A stretch of DNA of 64,000 nt, taken from Eledone cirrhosa. Taxonomy: Eukaryota. Below are positions 24,259 through 36,799 of the stretch, in pieces. The translations under genes were made by a program, and so were the position numbers. The first letter of the stretch is position 1, and each line of letters opens with the position of its first letter. Under the pieces are notes generated by a model. That model was not told the DNA's origin. It worked only from the letters and a program-made list of their open reading frames with translations, and searched no databases. The stretch lies in assembly GCA_964016885.1 (NCBI GenBank), contig OZ024743.1:144708001-144772000 (forward strand). The letters run 5' to 3'.

Positions 24259-24816
24259 AATGAAAGATATTCACATAATCAAAATATATGCTTTATTATA
24301 TACTAGCAAATGCCCCCCGTCCATTGGACAGTGTTAGTTCTTGGTAGGACTACAGTCTTAATGGTGAAATTCCGTCTTGTCGATGGAGGATAATTTTACG
24401 TGATCAAATCTTTCAATCAACAATGAAACGGTATTCAAAAAGAGCATGTTTTATTTACAGATATCTATCATTAAAATGTGAAAATAGAGAAATATCGAAA
24501 ATAGAAAATAGAGAAAATGTGAAAATAGAGAAAAATGAAAATATCGTTTGGAATGTCGTTTAATTGACTGAATGGCTGAAGAATCGGTACAAAAAGCATA
24601 GACGACAGTTCGGTTGGCATGAAGGCAATCTGTAAGAAACTACATGTGTAATTGAATTATGAAATAACCTGGGGCATGTGAAAGGCTGTCCATTGAAATG
24701 AAAAAAATGGTTGATTTCATCAATGGGCATTTGTTGGAAGAGTAACATTACCTATTGTGAAAAGTAAGTAATCGCAATAAGGACCAACCTGAAGGGGCTT
24801 TCAAACCACGGAAAAA

Positions 24817-27800
24817 CTATTGGAGGGCTGCCTTGTAAACCACATTTTTTGTCAATCTTCCGGGAGTGTAGTAAAAGAGATTGCCCGAGTTTCCAACTCT
24901 TGAACATCCCACATACAGTTGTCCGTGTGAAAAGCATGGAGTACTGAGGTCCAGCCCAACCACTTTTAGTGACTGCCCCTGGGCTTTGTTAATGGTCATT
25001 GAAAAACTTAATCTAATGGGGAATTGGACTCTTTTCATCGGAAAGACAGTCAGTTAGAATAGGTGGAACTCTGGAAATAAAAACAGAGTCACCAGCGCCT
25101 TTTCCCATAATGATTGTAGCCTCGAGAACGTCATCCAACATTTGCGTTATAACCAAGCGTGTGCCATTGCAAAGCCGAGGAGATTCCAAGTTTCTCAAGA
25201 GTATGATGGGACTTCCAAGTCTTAGGCAGAGTTTATGCGGTGGCATTCCCGATGGCTCTTGTGAGTTTAAAAACTCTGTTGGATAAAACGTTACTTGCGT
25301 CGGATCCGTAATCAAATCAATCGAAGCATAACATCGCTCTTGGGAAGGAAGTTGACGAAGCAGACATGTGTTAAGAGCTTGGACGGTGGCATTTGTAGGA
25401 GCTAAGATGGCCCTTTCGCACATCTATTGATGACTGACGTAATTTGTTGAGAGGTCGGGGTACACTCTTGTGCAAATGTCCTCAGAGCTGGAGACGTAGT
25501 TACCGATGGTACTTATGTCAACCAAACCGTTTACGTCGATTGGTAAGTTCCAATTACCAGCATCCAATAACTTTGAAGCAAAGTAATCGACATCGTCTTG
25601 TTGGTGGAGAATCGATCGCATGTTGATGGTTAACTTTCTCGACTGGACGAAGCGCCAAAGATGAGAATGTTTAATGCAAGCATCTATTTCATCAACTGGT
25701 TGACCTTTTGGGACAATGGGAAGTGTTTGACGAAAATCCCCAGCAAGAAGCTGAACGACGCCACCGAACGGTTTAGAGTTGGAGCGCAGGACTTGTAGCG
25801 TTGTATTGATTGCATCAAGTGCATTCTTGTGGGACATTGTTGCCTCGTCCCAGACAATCAATTTGCATTTTTGAAAGACAGCAGCCTCATCAGAATTCTT
25901 CTTTATATTGGTGGTCGGATTTTCAACATGACCGATGTTAAGGGGAAGCTTAAATTTTGAATGGACTGTTCTGCCGCCGTCTAGCAGTGTTGCTGCTATT
26001 CCTGAAGACGCCATTGCAATGGCAATCTGTCCACGTTGGCAAGAAGGAGGTTGAGGAGAAATGTCTTTCCTGTGCCATCTGGCGCATCAAGGAAGTGGCT
26101 GCCACCGTTGGTGCTTCAAGCATGGTCAAAACAAAAGTATAGACATCAGCTTGTTCAAGATTAAAAAGTTTTTCTCTTTCTTGAACATAGGACAGAAGCC
26201 TGGCAGCACAGTAGCATGTCTCCCTTGGTAGAGGGCGGTTACAAACAGTCTCATTTTCTCTTTTAGGGGATTCCATACAGTAGTTCTTCAAGGGACGGTC
26301 ACCCATTTACAAAAGTAAATCTTCTAGAAATATGAGACCGCAGTTGTATATTTCAGGTGTAAACTGTAAATTCATGTGTGTGGACGCGAAGCGAGATTGC
26401 ATTAGGATGTCCAAGCACATGCTGTCGCGATATTTCTCCCAGAAAGACTGTGGATTCCCAAGACTGCAGTACACCAGCATAACGGCGAAAAGCTTACCAA
26501 GAGCAATTGGTGACTGCAACATTGATGCTTCATGGAGGGCGTGGTCATAGTGATCATTGTCGAGAAGACCTAATTTGGAGCAGGCCTCTTTAAATGTTGA
26601 ACAAATATGGCCTTTGGCGGTACGAAGGTCTTCAAAGGAAGTTGGACCTTTGACAACGTGCAATGGAAGACGAAGGTGAAAGCATTCTGAATTGAGCGGG
26701 TGAACTGTGTACACTCTTGAGAGGGCATCAGACTCACGCATCGAAGCATCCCTTTGTGAAATGCATCCTCGCTTTCTTCTTTGCCAACAGCGGGAAGATT
26801 TATTCCACGTATAGAACGTAGACAACTCCGCATAAAGTGTTCTGGCAAGAGAGTCAGAAGTACAAAGTTCAAAGAATTCGGTAAGGGTCGTTCTTCGAGG
26901 TTGTCTTGCACAGTCAAGCTTATTTTCTTGGTTAAAATACACCTGTTGACCATTCTCCAAATGAACGCTGAGGTGAATAACTGCAGGTTCACGTTCATGG
27001 ATCGGAAAACCGAATATGCGCCAAAATGCCTCGTTAGAAGAGATGTAGCGTCCAGTTTGGAAAAACGTGACTTCATCTGTGGCGGCATCAGCGTTATCGG
27101 TCTTAGCCAACTCAATAACTGCTCGATCGGCTCCCTTATTAACATACTTGCAGATGTATTGGATTGATTTTACGGAGTTGCAGAATTCAACATTAATGTG
27201 GGCTGAAAACATTTTTCAAAGCACCTTATGTGGTACAACCCATCGGTTGTCGATAATCTTGACGACCAACCATTGTTATAGTTGCCGTATGTCCACCCTC
27301 CTGTGGTGCCCTGTGACGGTATAAAGGGTAGCCATCATCACCAGTTTTGGTTTCATGGATAAGTTTACGTGGGTAACGCTTTGTACATTTCCCATTATCC
27401 ATGCAGATTTGGGATTTAGGTGGTCTCACGGTCCATGGATCATGTTGGCTTTTAGAATTTAAAAAAAGACAGGGTCGTCTTGGGGATTTGACAATTCAGC
27501 ACTTATAACGGAATCAACACCAGTTGATATGAGCTTTTATTGAAGCCAAAGGAGAATATGGGCATGTGGGAGTCCTCTCTTCTGCCATTCTACGGTGTAC
27601 ATGAAACACCTTACTGGTCCAAAAAGTTGACATGCTACTAATGATGATATGTGGGTGGGATGCGTAGTCCTCTTGGAGGCTGTAATGAAAAGCCTTCTTA
27701 GACCAGTAACAGGAAGAAACCCTCGGAATGACATGAAAACGCATTTTCCGTTGAGAATCAGCCGCAAGCCGTGTTGCCCTTTGGTCAACAGTCTCTAAAG

Positions 27801-28077
27801 CACGGCTATTTGAAGTAGAAGCAGCATCACAAGCAAGCCGGAGTTCTGCTTGTTCAGCAGTCTGTAATGCTCTGGCCTTCGAAGTATAAGTAGCATTGCG
27901 AGCAAGCCGGAGTTCTGCTTGTTCAGTTGTCTGTAATGATCTGGCGATCGAAATAGAAGCAGCATTGCGAGCACGCCGTAGCATACATTGTTCTTCTGTC
28001 TTGCTTGCGCGCAAAGAACACAAAGCAAAAGCATTTCTTGTTTTTCTTCCAATGTGACTCTTGCTTTTTCGAGGCAT
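24817..28077 (-). pseudogene. Helitron RepHel (HUH Rep plus Pif1 helicase), frameshifted and internally deleted
   Basis: MPRKSKSHIGRKTR start after a CAG acceptor; VEWQKRGLPHAHIL (HUH); YICKYVNKG; LDAPDGTGKT (Walker A); ASSGIAA; WDEATM; GDFRQ; CNGTR; QFPIRLSFSMTINKAQGQSL; HGQLYVGCSRV. Confidence 0.95.
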
Positions 28078-29299
28078 TCTATGGAAAATCTGTAATTGAA
28101 TAAATCTGAAACAAATCAAATCAAAGAAATTTACCTCATTGCTGTTTATGGAAGTTCTAATATTTACAGGTATATATAAATATACCTGTAAACATATGCA
28201 TGTATGTATATATAAAATATATACATATATAAATATACCTGAAACATATGTATGTGTTTATCTATGCATGTATGCATATATGAAATATATATATATATAT
28301 ATATATACATACATACATATACCTGTAAACATATGTATGTATTTATCTATGCATGTATGTATATATAAAAAAATATATATATAAATATAACTAAACATAT
28401 TTATGTATTTATCTATGCATGCATATATAAAATATTGTCATATTTACAAAAATATTTTTCTAATATCGTGTTTAACATTTTATATTGTCGCCTGCTTCTC
28501 TTCCATTTCATCATGTGGTTACTTACTCTCTCATTCTTTCCCCTCTCACACAGCCTCTTCTTTCTCTCTTTTTGCCAGTCCCTTCTCTCTCTCTCTTCCC
28601 CTTTTTACTTTCTGCCGCTGTTTCCCTCCTATAGACATTCTCTCTTTCCTTTTCTGTCCCTCTCGCTTTTCTACTTCCTTCTCAAATCATTAACTGTCAA
28701 CCAGAGACTGACATACTACAGAACCTACTACAAATGTTCAAAGAAAATATCATTACAAACTGACTGATCACTGAGAAGAAATTGTGAAACACAATGCTGT
28801 AAATGTTATGTTATATGTCGTTAAGGAATTGTCACAACAACTATATTCCGTGACATCGGCAATCAAATTACTGAGTACAATACTTGTTTACCTTGTAGGT
28901 TCTAGAAGTATTACAGTTCATCAGTGCTAATTAATAAAAGAGTAATTAATAAAAGTGGTTATGTTTCTTTTATAAAAACATCTCGCATCTTCCTTTAGCA
29001 ATGTGTAAAATTTTAAGAGATCGGGTGAATAATACGCAAGTTATAATACTTTACACACACAGACAGAACGGGGCTCGATCTCATCGAAATCTGTATTTGA
29101 ATAAATCTGAAACAAATCAAATCAAAAAAATTTACCTGAAGATTTTGAATGCAAAGTCCCATAAGGATTAGAAAAATGGCGATAAATATATATAAATATA
29201 CCTGTAAACATATGTATGTATTTATCTATGCATGTATGTATATATATATATATATTCATTCAAAATATTAACAAAAATGAACTTCATTGTGATCAAGTA

Positions 29300-29366
29300 T
29301 ATTTTATTATACATATTTCAGAGGCACTGAGCTAACTTCAACAGTACATCCTTATCAGATAAAATA
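29300..29366 (-). ncRNA. Hammerhead motif with mutated core CUGAUAA (probably inactive)
   Basis: Mirror of 29766-29832 with G8->A. Confidence 0.6.
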
Positions 29367-29765
29367 AGATGATGATGGCATACCCTGACATAGTAGATGG
29401 TTAAGATATGACAAAACTCAATATTTATATACTTTAAGATTGATACATCCCTCCCTATAATTATAATTATTGCTCTTTGTCTCCCTTTCCTTGATCAATT
29501 TTCCTTTGCTCTCTATACCTCTTCTAGCTATATTTTCCCCTCACATGTTTTCTCTCTTTTTTCTTTCCTCTTTATTCAATAATTATTTGAATCTCTAACA
29601 GTTATGTAAATTACTGTTATGTATTTTTAAACTTTCTTACACGCACACTCTGTTTTTTCATGTATCAATCTTAAGGTATATAAATATTGAGTTTTGTCAT
29701 ATATTACTCACTACCATGACTGGATCTTAACCATCTACTATGTCAGGGTATGTCATGCATCATCT

Positions 29766-29832
29766 TATTTTATCTGATGAGGGCGTACTGTTAAAGTTAG
29801 CTCAGTACCTCTGAAATATGTATAATAAAATA
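29766..29832 (+). ncRNA. Minimal type I hammerhead ribozyme
   Basis: UAUUUUAU-CUGAUGA-GGGCGUACUG...CAGUACCUCU-GAAA-UAUGUA-UA-AUAAAAUA. Confidence 0.78.
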
Positions 29833-30397
29833 TACTTGATCACAATGAAGTTCTATTTTTGTTAATATTTTGAATGAATATTAATAACTCCGGAAAACCT
29901 TTTACTATTGAGTGCTTCCAAACTATTGTAAAACTAATTCTTTCATTTATTCATCGAACCTTGTTTAACCTTTAAATATATATATATATACATGTAAACA
30001 TATGTATGTATTTATCTATGCATGCATGCATATATAAAATATTGTCATATTTACAAAAATATTTTTCTAATATCGTGTTTAATATTTCATATTGTCGTCT
30101 GCTTGTCTTCTCACGTGTGGTTACTTACTGTCTCACTCTCTCTTTCTTTCCCCTCTCACACAGCCTCTTCTTTCTCTCTCTTTTGGCCAGTCCCTTCTCT
30201 CTCTCTCCCCCCTCCAATTCCTTTTTTGTCTTTCTGTCGGTTTTCCTCCTATAGACATTCTCTCTTTATTTTTGTCCCTCTCTCTCTTCTACTCTGTACT
30301 TTCTACTTCCTTCTCTTTCTCAATGTACCGCGTTTATCGGAGTTATGAGTAAAAACATACATGTATACGTACAGATATAAATATACATTTATATATT

Positions 30398-31110
30398 CAA
30401 TTCCTTTAAATATATTATGCTACTTCGAAAACTCTAAACTCCCGCTCCTACTATCCTTCTCCCCCCTCCCTCTACTTTATGAGGGTTTCGCGGTCAGCCA
30501 CCCCAATACCTACATCATGCGGCCAAACCTATCCCCCCCCCCATCTCTCTCTTAGCTATATATATATATAAGATAAACCCTTCAAGTAAATCACTTTCGC
30601 CAAATTCATCGCTGCTCCTACACGGTATATCATGTAACGTAATGTACACATTTTTCTACCATCTCCACACTTCCATTTCGTACCCAGTCCAAACCTCCAA
30701 TCTTGCCAAATCCTAAATGTAGTTGTCGTATTCCTAAAACAAATCTGTATTTTTTGTTATTACTTGTTAAATACGAGGGTTTTTGTCGTATTGAACAGAA
30801 CAAATCTTGTATTTTTGTTAATCGCTTGTTAAATACGAGGACCTCATTCAATCCTTACCTCTTAGCTATCTACCCAACCTTAATTCCTTAATTCTATCGT
30901 ATTTTCAAAACAAAACAAAATCCTTTCCTTCTTCTTCTTATAAATTCCTTTAAATATATTATGCTACTTCGAAAACTCTAAACTCCCGCTCCTACTATCC
31001 TTCGCCCCCCTCCCTCTACTTCATGAGGGTTTCGCGGTCAGTCACCCCAATACCTACATCATGCGGCCAAACCTATCCCCCCCCCTCTCTCTCTTAGCTA
31101 TATATATATA
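30398..31110. repeat. ~170-bp direct repeat (30398-30570, 30942-31110) immediately upstream of the RTE LINE
   Basis: Direct comparison; few substitutions. Confidence 0.88.
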
Positions 31111-34100
31111 AGACCCAACATCCCTCCCTCCCGCCCCTACCATTGTTATTACGTGGACCAATCATAAGCCAGAGCCCCCACGCACCACCATTATTATTAC
31201 GTGGACCAATCATAAGCCAGAGGCCTATACTATCGCTTGCCTGGTTGTCTTTCGATATATGATGGATGGATGGACTACGGAATCCTGGAAGAGAGAGAAA
31301 AATCTGGACGCTCAGCGACAATGCCAAAGATAAAGACAAATTCACCTCGTGGACGAGAATGCGAGCACTCCTCTTTGTTTCGGCCGCGGATGGCTAACAT
31401 AACCCCATCTCCCCCCGCTCCCACCCTCCAAACGCAATCCAAAACTTCAGAGTTGGTACCATAAATGTAGGCACCTTAAAGGGTCGCGCTAACGAGGTTG
31501 TAGAAATGCTTGAACGTAAGGAGGTCGATGTTTGTTGTATTCAAGAGACCAGGTGGAGGGGTGGGTCTGCTAGATTCATTGAGGGTAAAAACCGATGCTA
31601 TAAGCTTTTCTGGGTGGGAAATGACGATGGGCTGGGTGGAGTAGGAATCATGGTAGCAGAAAAGTGGGCAGATAAGATAATAGACGTAAATAGCGTGAAC
31701 GACAGAATAATTAAAATAAGACTTATCCTCAATAGAACTACGGTGACAGTAATATCTGCGTACGCACCCCAATCCGGACTGCCCGGCACTATAAAAGACA
31801 GATTCTATGAGACACTGATGCTCACTACCTCCCAAATAACCGACAGTGACTATATAATTATTGCAGGCGACCTAAATGGTCACGTTGGACAACATTGTGA
31901 CGGCTACAACGAAATCCATGGAGGCTATGGGTTTGGTACTAGAAATGAGGAAGGCTCCAGAATCCTGGAATTCTGTGACGCAAATAACCTAACTATCTGT
32001 AACACTAACTTCAAAAAACGTGACAATCACCTGATCACCTATAGATCCGGGGAACACACAAGCCAGGTAGATTATATCCTTACCAGAAGACGCGACAGAG
32101 TGTCTGTTGTAAACACTAAATCCCTCCCCCATGAAGAATGCACCCCCCAACATAGACTGATAATTAGCGACCTCACTGTCAGGATGGGACGTACTCGACA
32201 GCAGAAGAGGACTATCCTCAGGAGAAAAATATGGAAGCTAAAGGACCCCACAGCCAGAAATAAATTCCAAAGCATATTACTTGATGCTTTCGACAGTAAG
32301 GAAGAGCATTTAGAGTCGGACAATATAGAGGGACAGTGGGAATTCCTGAAGGCAAACCTGCTGATGGCGGCAGATGAAGTCTGTGGCTGGAGCAGGCCTG
32401 TAGGCAGGAGGAGAGTAACATGGTGGTGGAACAGTAAGGTGGAGGGGTCAATTAAGGCCAAAAAGCAGGCTTGGAAAGTATGGCGGGATGGGGGAAGTAG
32501 AGAAGACTATCAAGTGGCCAGGAGGGAAGCTAGGAGACAAGTGTACTTCGCAAGAAGGGAAGCAGAGGAAAGAAAGTTCAAGCATGTTCTACAACGCGAG
32601 GACCAAAAACGTGAGGTGTTCAGGATTGCTAGGCAATGTGTCAAGGAAAACCGTGATATTGTCGGGGAGAAGTGTGTACTTGCCATCACCGACGCTGATA
32701 AGAAGGTAGCTTGGAAGTGTCACTATGAAAGGCTACTAAATGAGGAGAATAAATGGGAGAAAGACAGTCTCCCCCACATCGACCCAATAGAGGGACCAGC
32801 AGTGTAAGTCGAGGGGAGTATAATAAGTAAGGCAATCAAGGATATGAAGATGGGTAAGGCGGATGGGCCTTCGGAAATAGTTGCTGAGATGCTGAAGGCA
32901 TCTGGCACGGTGGGACACACCATGGTCACCCGGATAGTTAACCAAGTCGTACAGAATGGGGTTGTTCCGAAGGACTGGCGTAGCAGCATCATCGTTAACT
33001 GTTATAAGGGTAAAGGAGATGCCCTAGATAGGAGTAACTATAGAGGCATTAAATTAATCGACCAGGTCATGAAGGTCACGGAAAAAGTAATAGCGCAACT
33101 AATCAGAGAGAGAATTGTCCTAGATGAAATGCAGTTCGGGTTTGTGTCAGGGAAAAGTACCACATACGCTCTTTTCATTGTACGACAACTACAGGAAAAG
33201 TACCTAGCTAAAAGTAAACCCCTCTACTTAGCTTTTGTCGACTTGGAGAAAGCCTTCGACAGAGTCCCCCGTTCCATTATCTGGTGGGTCCTTAGAAAAC
33301 TAGGTGTCGACGAATGGCTTGTGAGAGCTATACAAGCCATGTATAAAGAAACAGTCAGCAAGGTTAGAATTAACAACGAATATAGTGAAGAGTTTAGCGT
33401 AAAAGTTGGCGTCCATCAGGGCTCTGTTCTCAGCCCCCTACTATTTATTATTGCCCTTCAGGCTATAACAGAGGAGTTCAAGACCGGCTGCCCATGGGAA
33501 CTCCTATACGCAGACGACCTAACACTCATAGCTGAATCAATAGCCGAGCTAGAGAAGAAATTCCAAACATGGAAGCACGGCCTAGAATCAAAAGGCCTTA
33601 AAATTAATCTGGCTAAGACCAAAGTTCTAGTTTGTAGGCAAGAAAATAAGGCGGCGGTCCCTTCCGGGAAGTGGCCATGCTCCGTGTGTAGGAAAGGCGT
33701 AGGTAGAAACTCCATTTTGTGTCAGAAATGCATAGTATGGGTGCATAAAAGATGTAGTGGGATCACAGGTAAGCTAACTAAGAACATAGATTTCACATGT
33801 GGCCGGTGCTCTGGTGCAATAAGTAGCAGCAAGTGCCCACAAAATACTAGCTCTTTCAACTGTGCAGAGGGCTCTATAGAAATAGTGGACAGCTTCCGTT
33901 ACCTGGGTGACAAAATCAGCAGTGGGGGAGGGTGCTCTGAAAGTACAGTAGCTAGAGTCAGAACTGGATGGAAAAAGTTCAGAGAGCTTATACCACTATT
34001 AGCCGCTAAAGGGTTCTCCCTAAAAACGAAAGGCAGGTTGTATGATGCCTGCATACGAACAGCAATGTTGCATGGCAGTGAGACCTGGGCATTGTGTGCA

Positions 34101-34836
34101 GAGGATATATGCAGACTAGAGAGGAACGAAGCTTGCATGCTCCGCTGGATGTGTAATAGTAATATACGTGAACGGCAAAGCATAAACGAACTAAAGAAAA
34201 AATTAGAAATAAGAGGGATCAGATGTTGTTTACTCGAGAGAAGGCTACGTTGGTATGGACACATGATGCGCATGAAAGTCGATAGCTGTATAACAAAGTG
34301 CAGGGCAATAAAGATAGACGGTAGCCACGGAATAGGCAGACCTAGAAAAACCTGGAACGAGCTGATAAACTCCGACCTCACACACTTACACCTCTCCAAG
34401 ACAATATCACTGGACCGAGACCTTTGGCGGTACTCAGTAATAGAGAAGACCCGCCTTACCTAAATACATAGTAAAACCTACTACAGTCAGTAGGTATCTC
34501 TAACAAAATACACCCCCGTCCCACCACCCCCTTCTATGTAAAGTTATGTTGGTGCCACAACATCCAGGCCGAAACAAATGAGATCGTGTAGGTGTCACGA
34601 CAAAAAAAACACACAGTCCACCCTGTAATGTGGCCGTGTAGGCAACACGGTAAAAACCTCCCAGCCCCACACTGTAAATGTGGTTGGTGTTAGGAAGGGC
34701 ATCCAGCCATAGAAAACCTGCCAGACAGTCCTATGCGAGCAAGAGAATCACTCTTGCCTCAAGTGGGAAAACCCCCCGTCCAAACCCATGCAAGCGTGGA
34801 ACACGGACGTTAAACATTGATGATGATGATGATGAT
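31111..34836 (+). mobile_element. Near full-length RTE (BovB-like) LINE nested in the Helitron
   Basis: 5' UTR with a duplicated CCAAT-containing 36-mer; APE-RT coding region; 3' UTR GGTTGGTGTTAGGAAGGGCATCCAGCC; (GAT)n tail. Confidence 0.92.
31321..34463 (+). pseudogene. RTE APE-RT polyprotein with Cys/His finger; one in-frame stop (32805) and a probable frameshift near 31440
   Basis: GTINVGTL, CIQETRW, SAYAPQ, GDLNGH, QVDYIL; MQFGF, FVDLEKAFDRV, GVHQGSVLSP, YADD; CSVC..CQKC..HKRC..CGRC. Confidence 0.92.
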
Positions 34837-35481
34837 TTTTACCTTTATTGTTTTACTTTATAACCCCTGACTATTTTTACTGTATTTTAATTTTTTCATT
34901 GTTCATTTATATTTTTATTCTTTATTTTTATATGTATCCATACCTTGTCTGACATTGTATCTCACTATATCACACACCCCTTACCCTTGCGCACGCTTTC
35001 AAATGTTCATGTCTGTATTTGTGTACGTTGCCATATATACATGCCTGTATTTGTGTATATGTATATTTGTGTACGTCGTCATATATGCATGTATGTATGT
35101 GTGTGTGTACTGTGTGTGTTTAGCCCTAACTTTTTATGCTTTTCTGAGTGTTTTTTTGTATTTTAGTTTTACACTTTTTGTTTCTTCGCATCTTGTTTAG
35201 GTTTTTTGTCTTTACTTCCGTAAGTGTGCATGCTTGTTTTTATTTCATTTTTATTAATATATTTTTTTTGCATAAGGTTTTTTATTTTTATATTATTTTA
35301 CAATTTCCTTTATATATTTTAATGTATCATATTCTTTACTATACACATGCAATTGTATATGTAGATTTATCTATGCATGTATGTATGTATAAAATATTGC
35401 TATATTTATAAAAATATTTTTCTAATATCGTGTTTAATATTTTATATTGTCTGCTTCTCTTCTCATGTGGTTACTTACTGT

Positions 35482-36490
35482 CATCATCATCACCGTTTTA
35501 CGTCCGTTCTTCCACGCTAGCATGGGTTAGACGGGTTGTCCTGTTGTGTGCAGTGTCTGGTCGGCTGACCATGCCTTGCTCATACAGGAACTGATCTGGC
35601 TTGATTTCTACAGCTGGATGCCCTTCCTAACACCAACCTCATTTACAGTGAGTGCTGGGTGCTTTTTCGTGGCGCCTACACGTCCACTTTACAGTGTGGG
35701 CTGGGTGCTTTTTTGCTGTGGCACCTCCACGACCACCTTGCGGTGGGGGGTGTGGGGGCATATTGTTTATATGCTTCAGCATGTACCCATGGGAGGTCGG
35801 GTACTCTGTATTACTGCGCGACGCCAGAAGTCACGGTCGTGTGTCATTGTCTTTGAGAGGTGTAATTGGGTAAGGTCGGCTTTTATCACCTCATCCCAGG
35901 TCATCTTGGGTCTCCATCAACTTCTAGTGCTCTGCACCTTTTTATGCAGCTGTCATCCTTCATACGCATCACATGTCCATACCAGCGCAACCGCCTCTCC
36001 TGCACACATCATTTGATTCCTCTTATGCTCAGTCTCTCAATTCATTTATGCTTTGTCGTTCACGTATATTACTGTTACACATCCATCGGAGCATGCAGGC
36101 TTCGTTTCTCTCTAATCTACGTAAGTCTTCCACCTTCAGCGCCCAGGTCTCACTACCATGCAACATCGCTGTTCGGATACACGCATCATACAGTCTGCCT
36201 TTCATTCTGAGGGAGAAGCCTTTTGCAGCTAGCAGTGCTAGTAGTTCCCTAAACTTCTTCCATCCCGTTCTTACCCTAGTTATTGTACTTTCTGAACACC
36301 CACCTCCGTTGCTAATTCGGTCACCTAGGTAGCAGAAGCTGTCTACTGTTTCTACAGGGCCCTCCCAGAGATTGGTGGTACTTGTTTCCTGTGGCTGTTT
36401 GCTGCTTGCTGTCCCAGCACAGCTGCTGCATGTGAAGCCTACATTCTTAATTAAGCTTCCTGAGATCCCGCTACATCTCTTTGTGTACCC
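35482..36490 (-). mobile_element. 5'-truncated RTE LINE, same family as 31111-34836
   Basis: FCYLGD...GWKKFREL...MLHGSETW...MLRWMC; (GAT)n tail at 35482. Confidence 0.9.
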
Positions 36491-36799
36491 ATTGTTTGCA
36501 TTTGGGGCAGCCTTCTCTCTCTCTCCCTTTTTTCTTTGTCTCTTTCTTTCTGTCGCTGTTTCCCTCCTATAGACATTCTCTCTCTCTCTTCTACTCTGCA
36601 CTTTCTACTTCCTTCTCTTTCTCAGCCGCGTCCCTGCTTACGGCAGTTCTAATGGAGATTTTTTTAACGCAAAGTCACACAAGGATTAGAAACATGTCTC
36701 ACATCCTCCTTTGGCAATTTGTAAAATTTTAGCGAGATCGGGTGAACAATACGCAAGTTATAATACTTTACACAGACAGAACGGGACTTATATAGTAGA

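Larger units (their letters stand above)
29252..29975. mobile_element. PLE pLTR-like inverted-repeat element nested in the Helitron (arms ~29252-29448 and 29660-29880)
   Basis: Reverse-complement arms; tail 29861-29975 is homologous to 37066-37190. Confidence 0.85.
24303..36799 (-). mobile_element. Composite Helitron, 12.5 kb, with nested insertions
   Basis: Minus strand starts A|TCTACTATATAAG (36799) and ends GTCCA-A-TGGAC hairpin...CTAG|T (24303); the flanks rejoin seamlessly. Confidence 0.88.
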
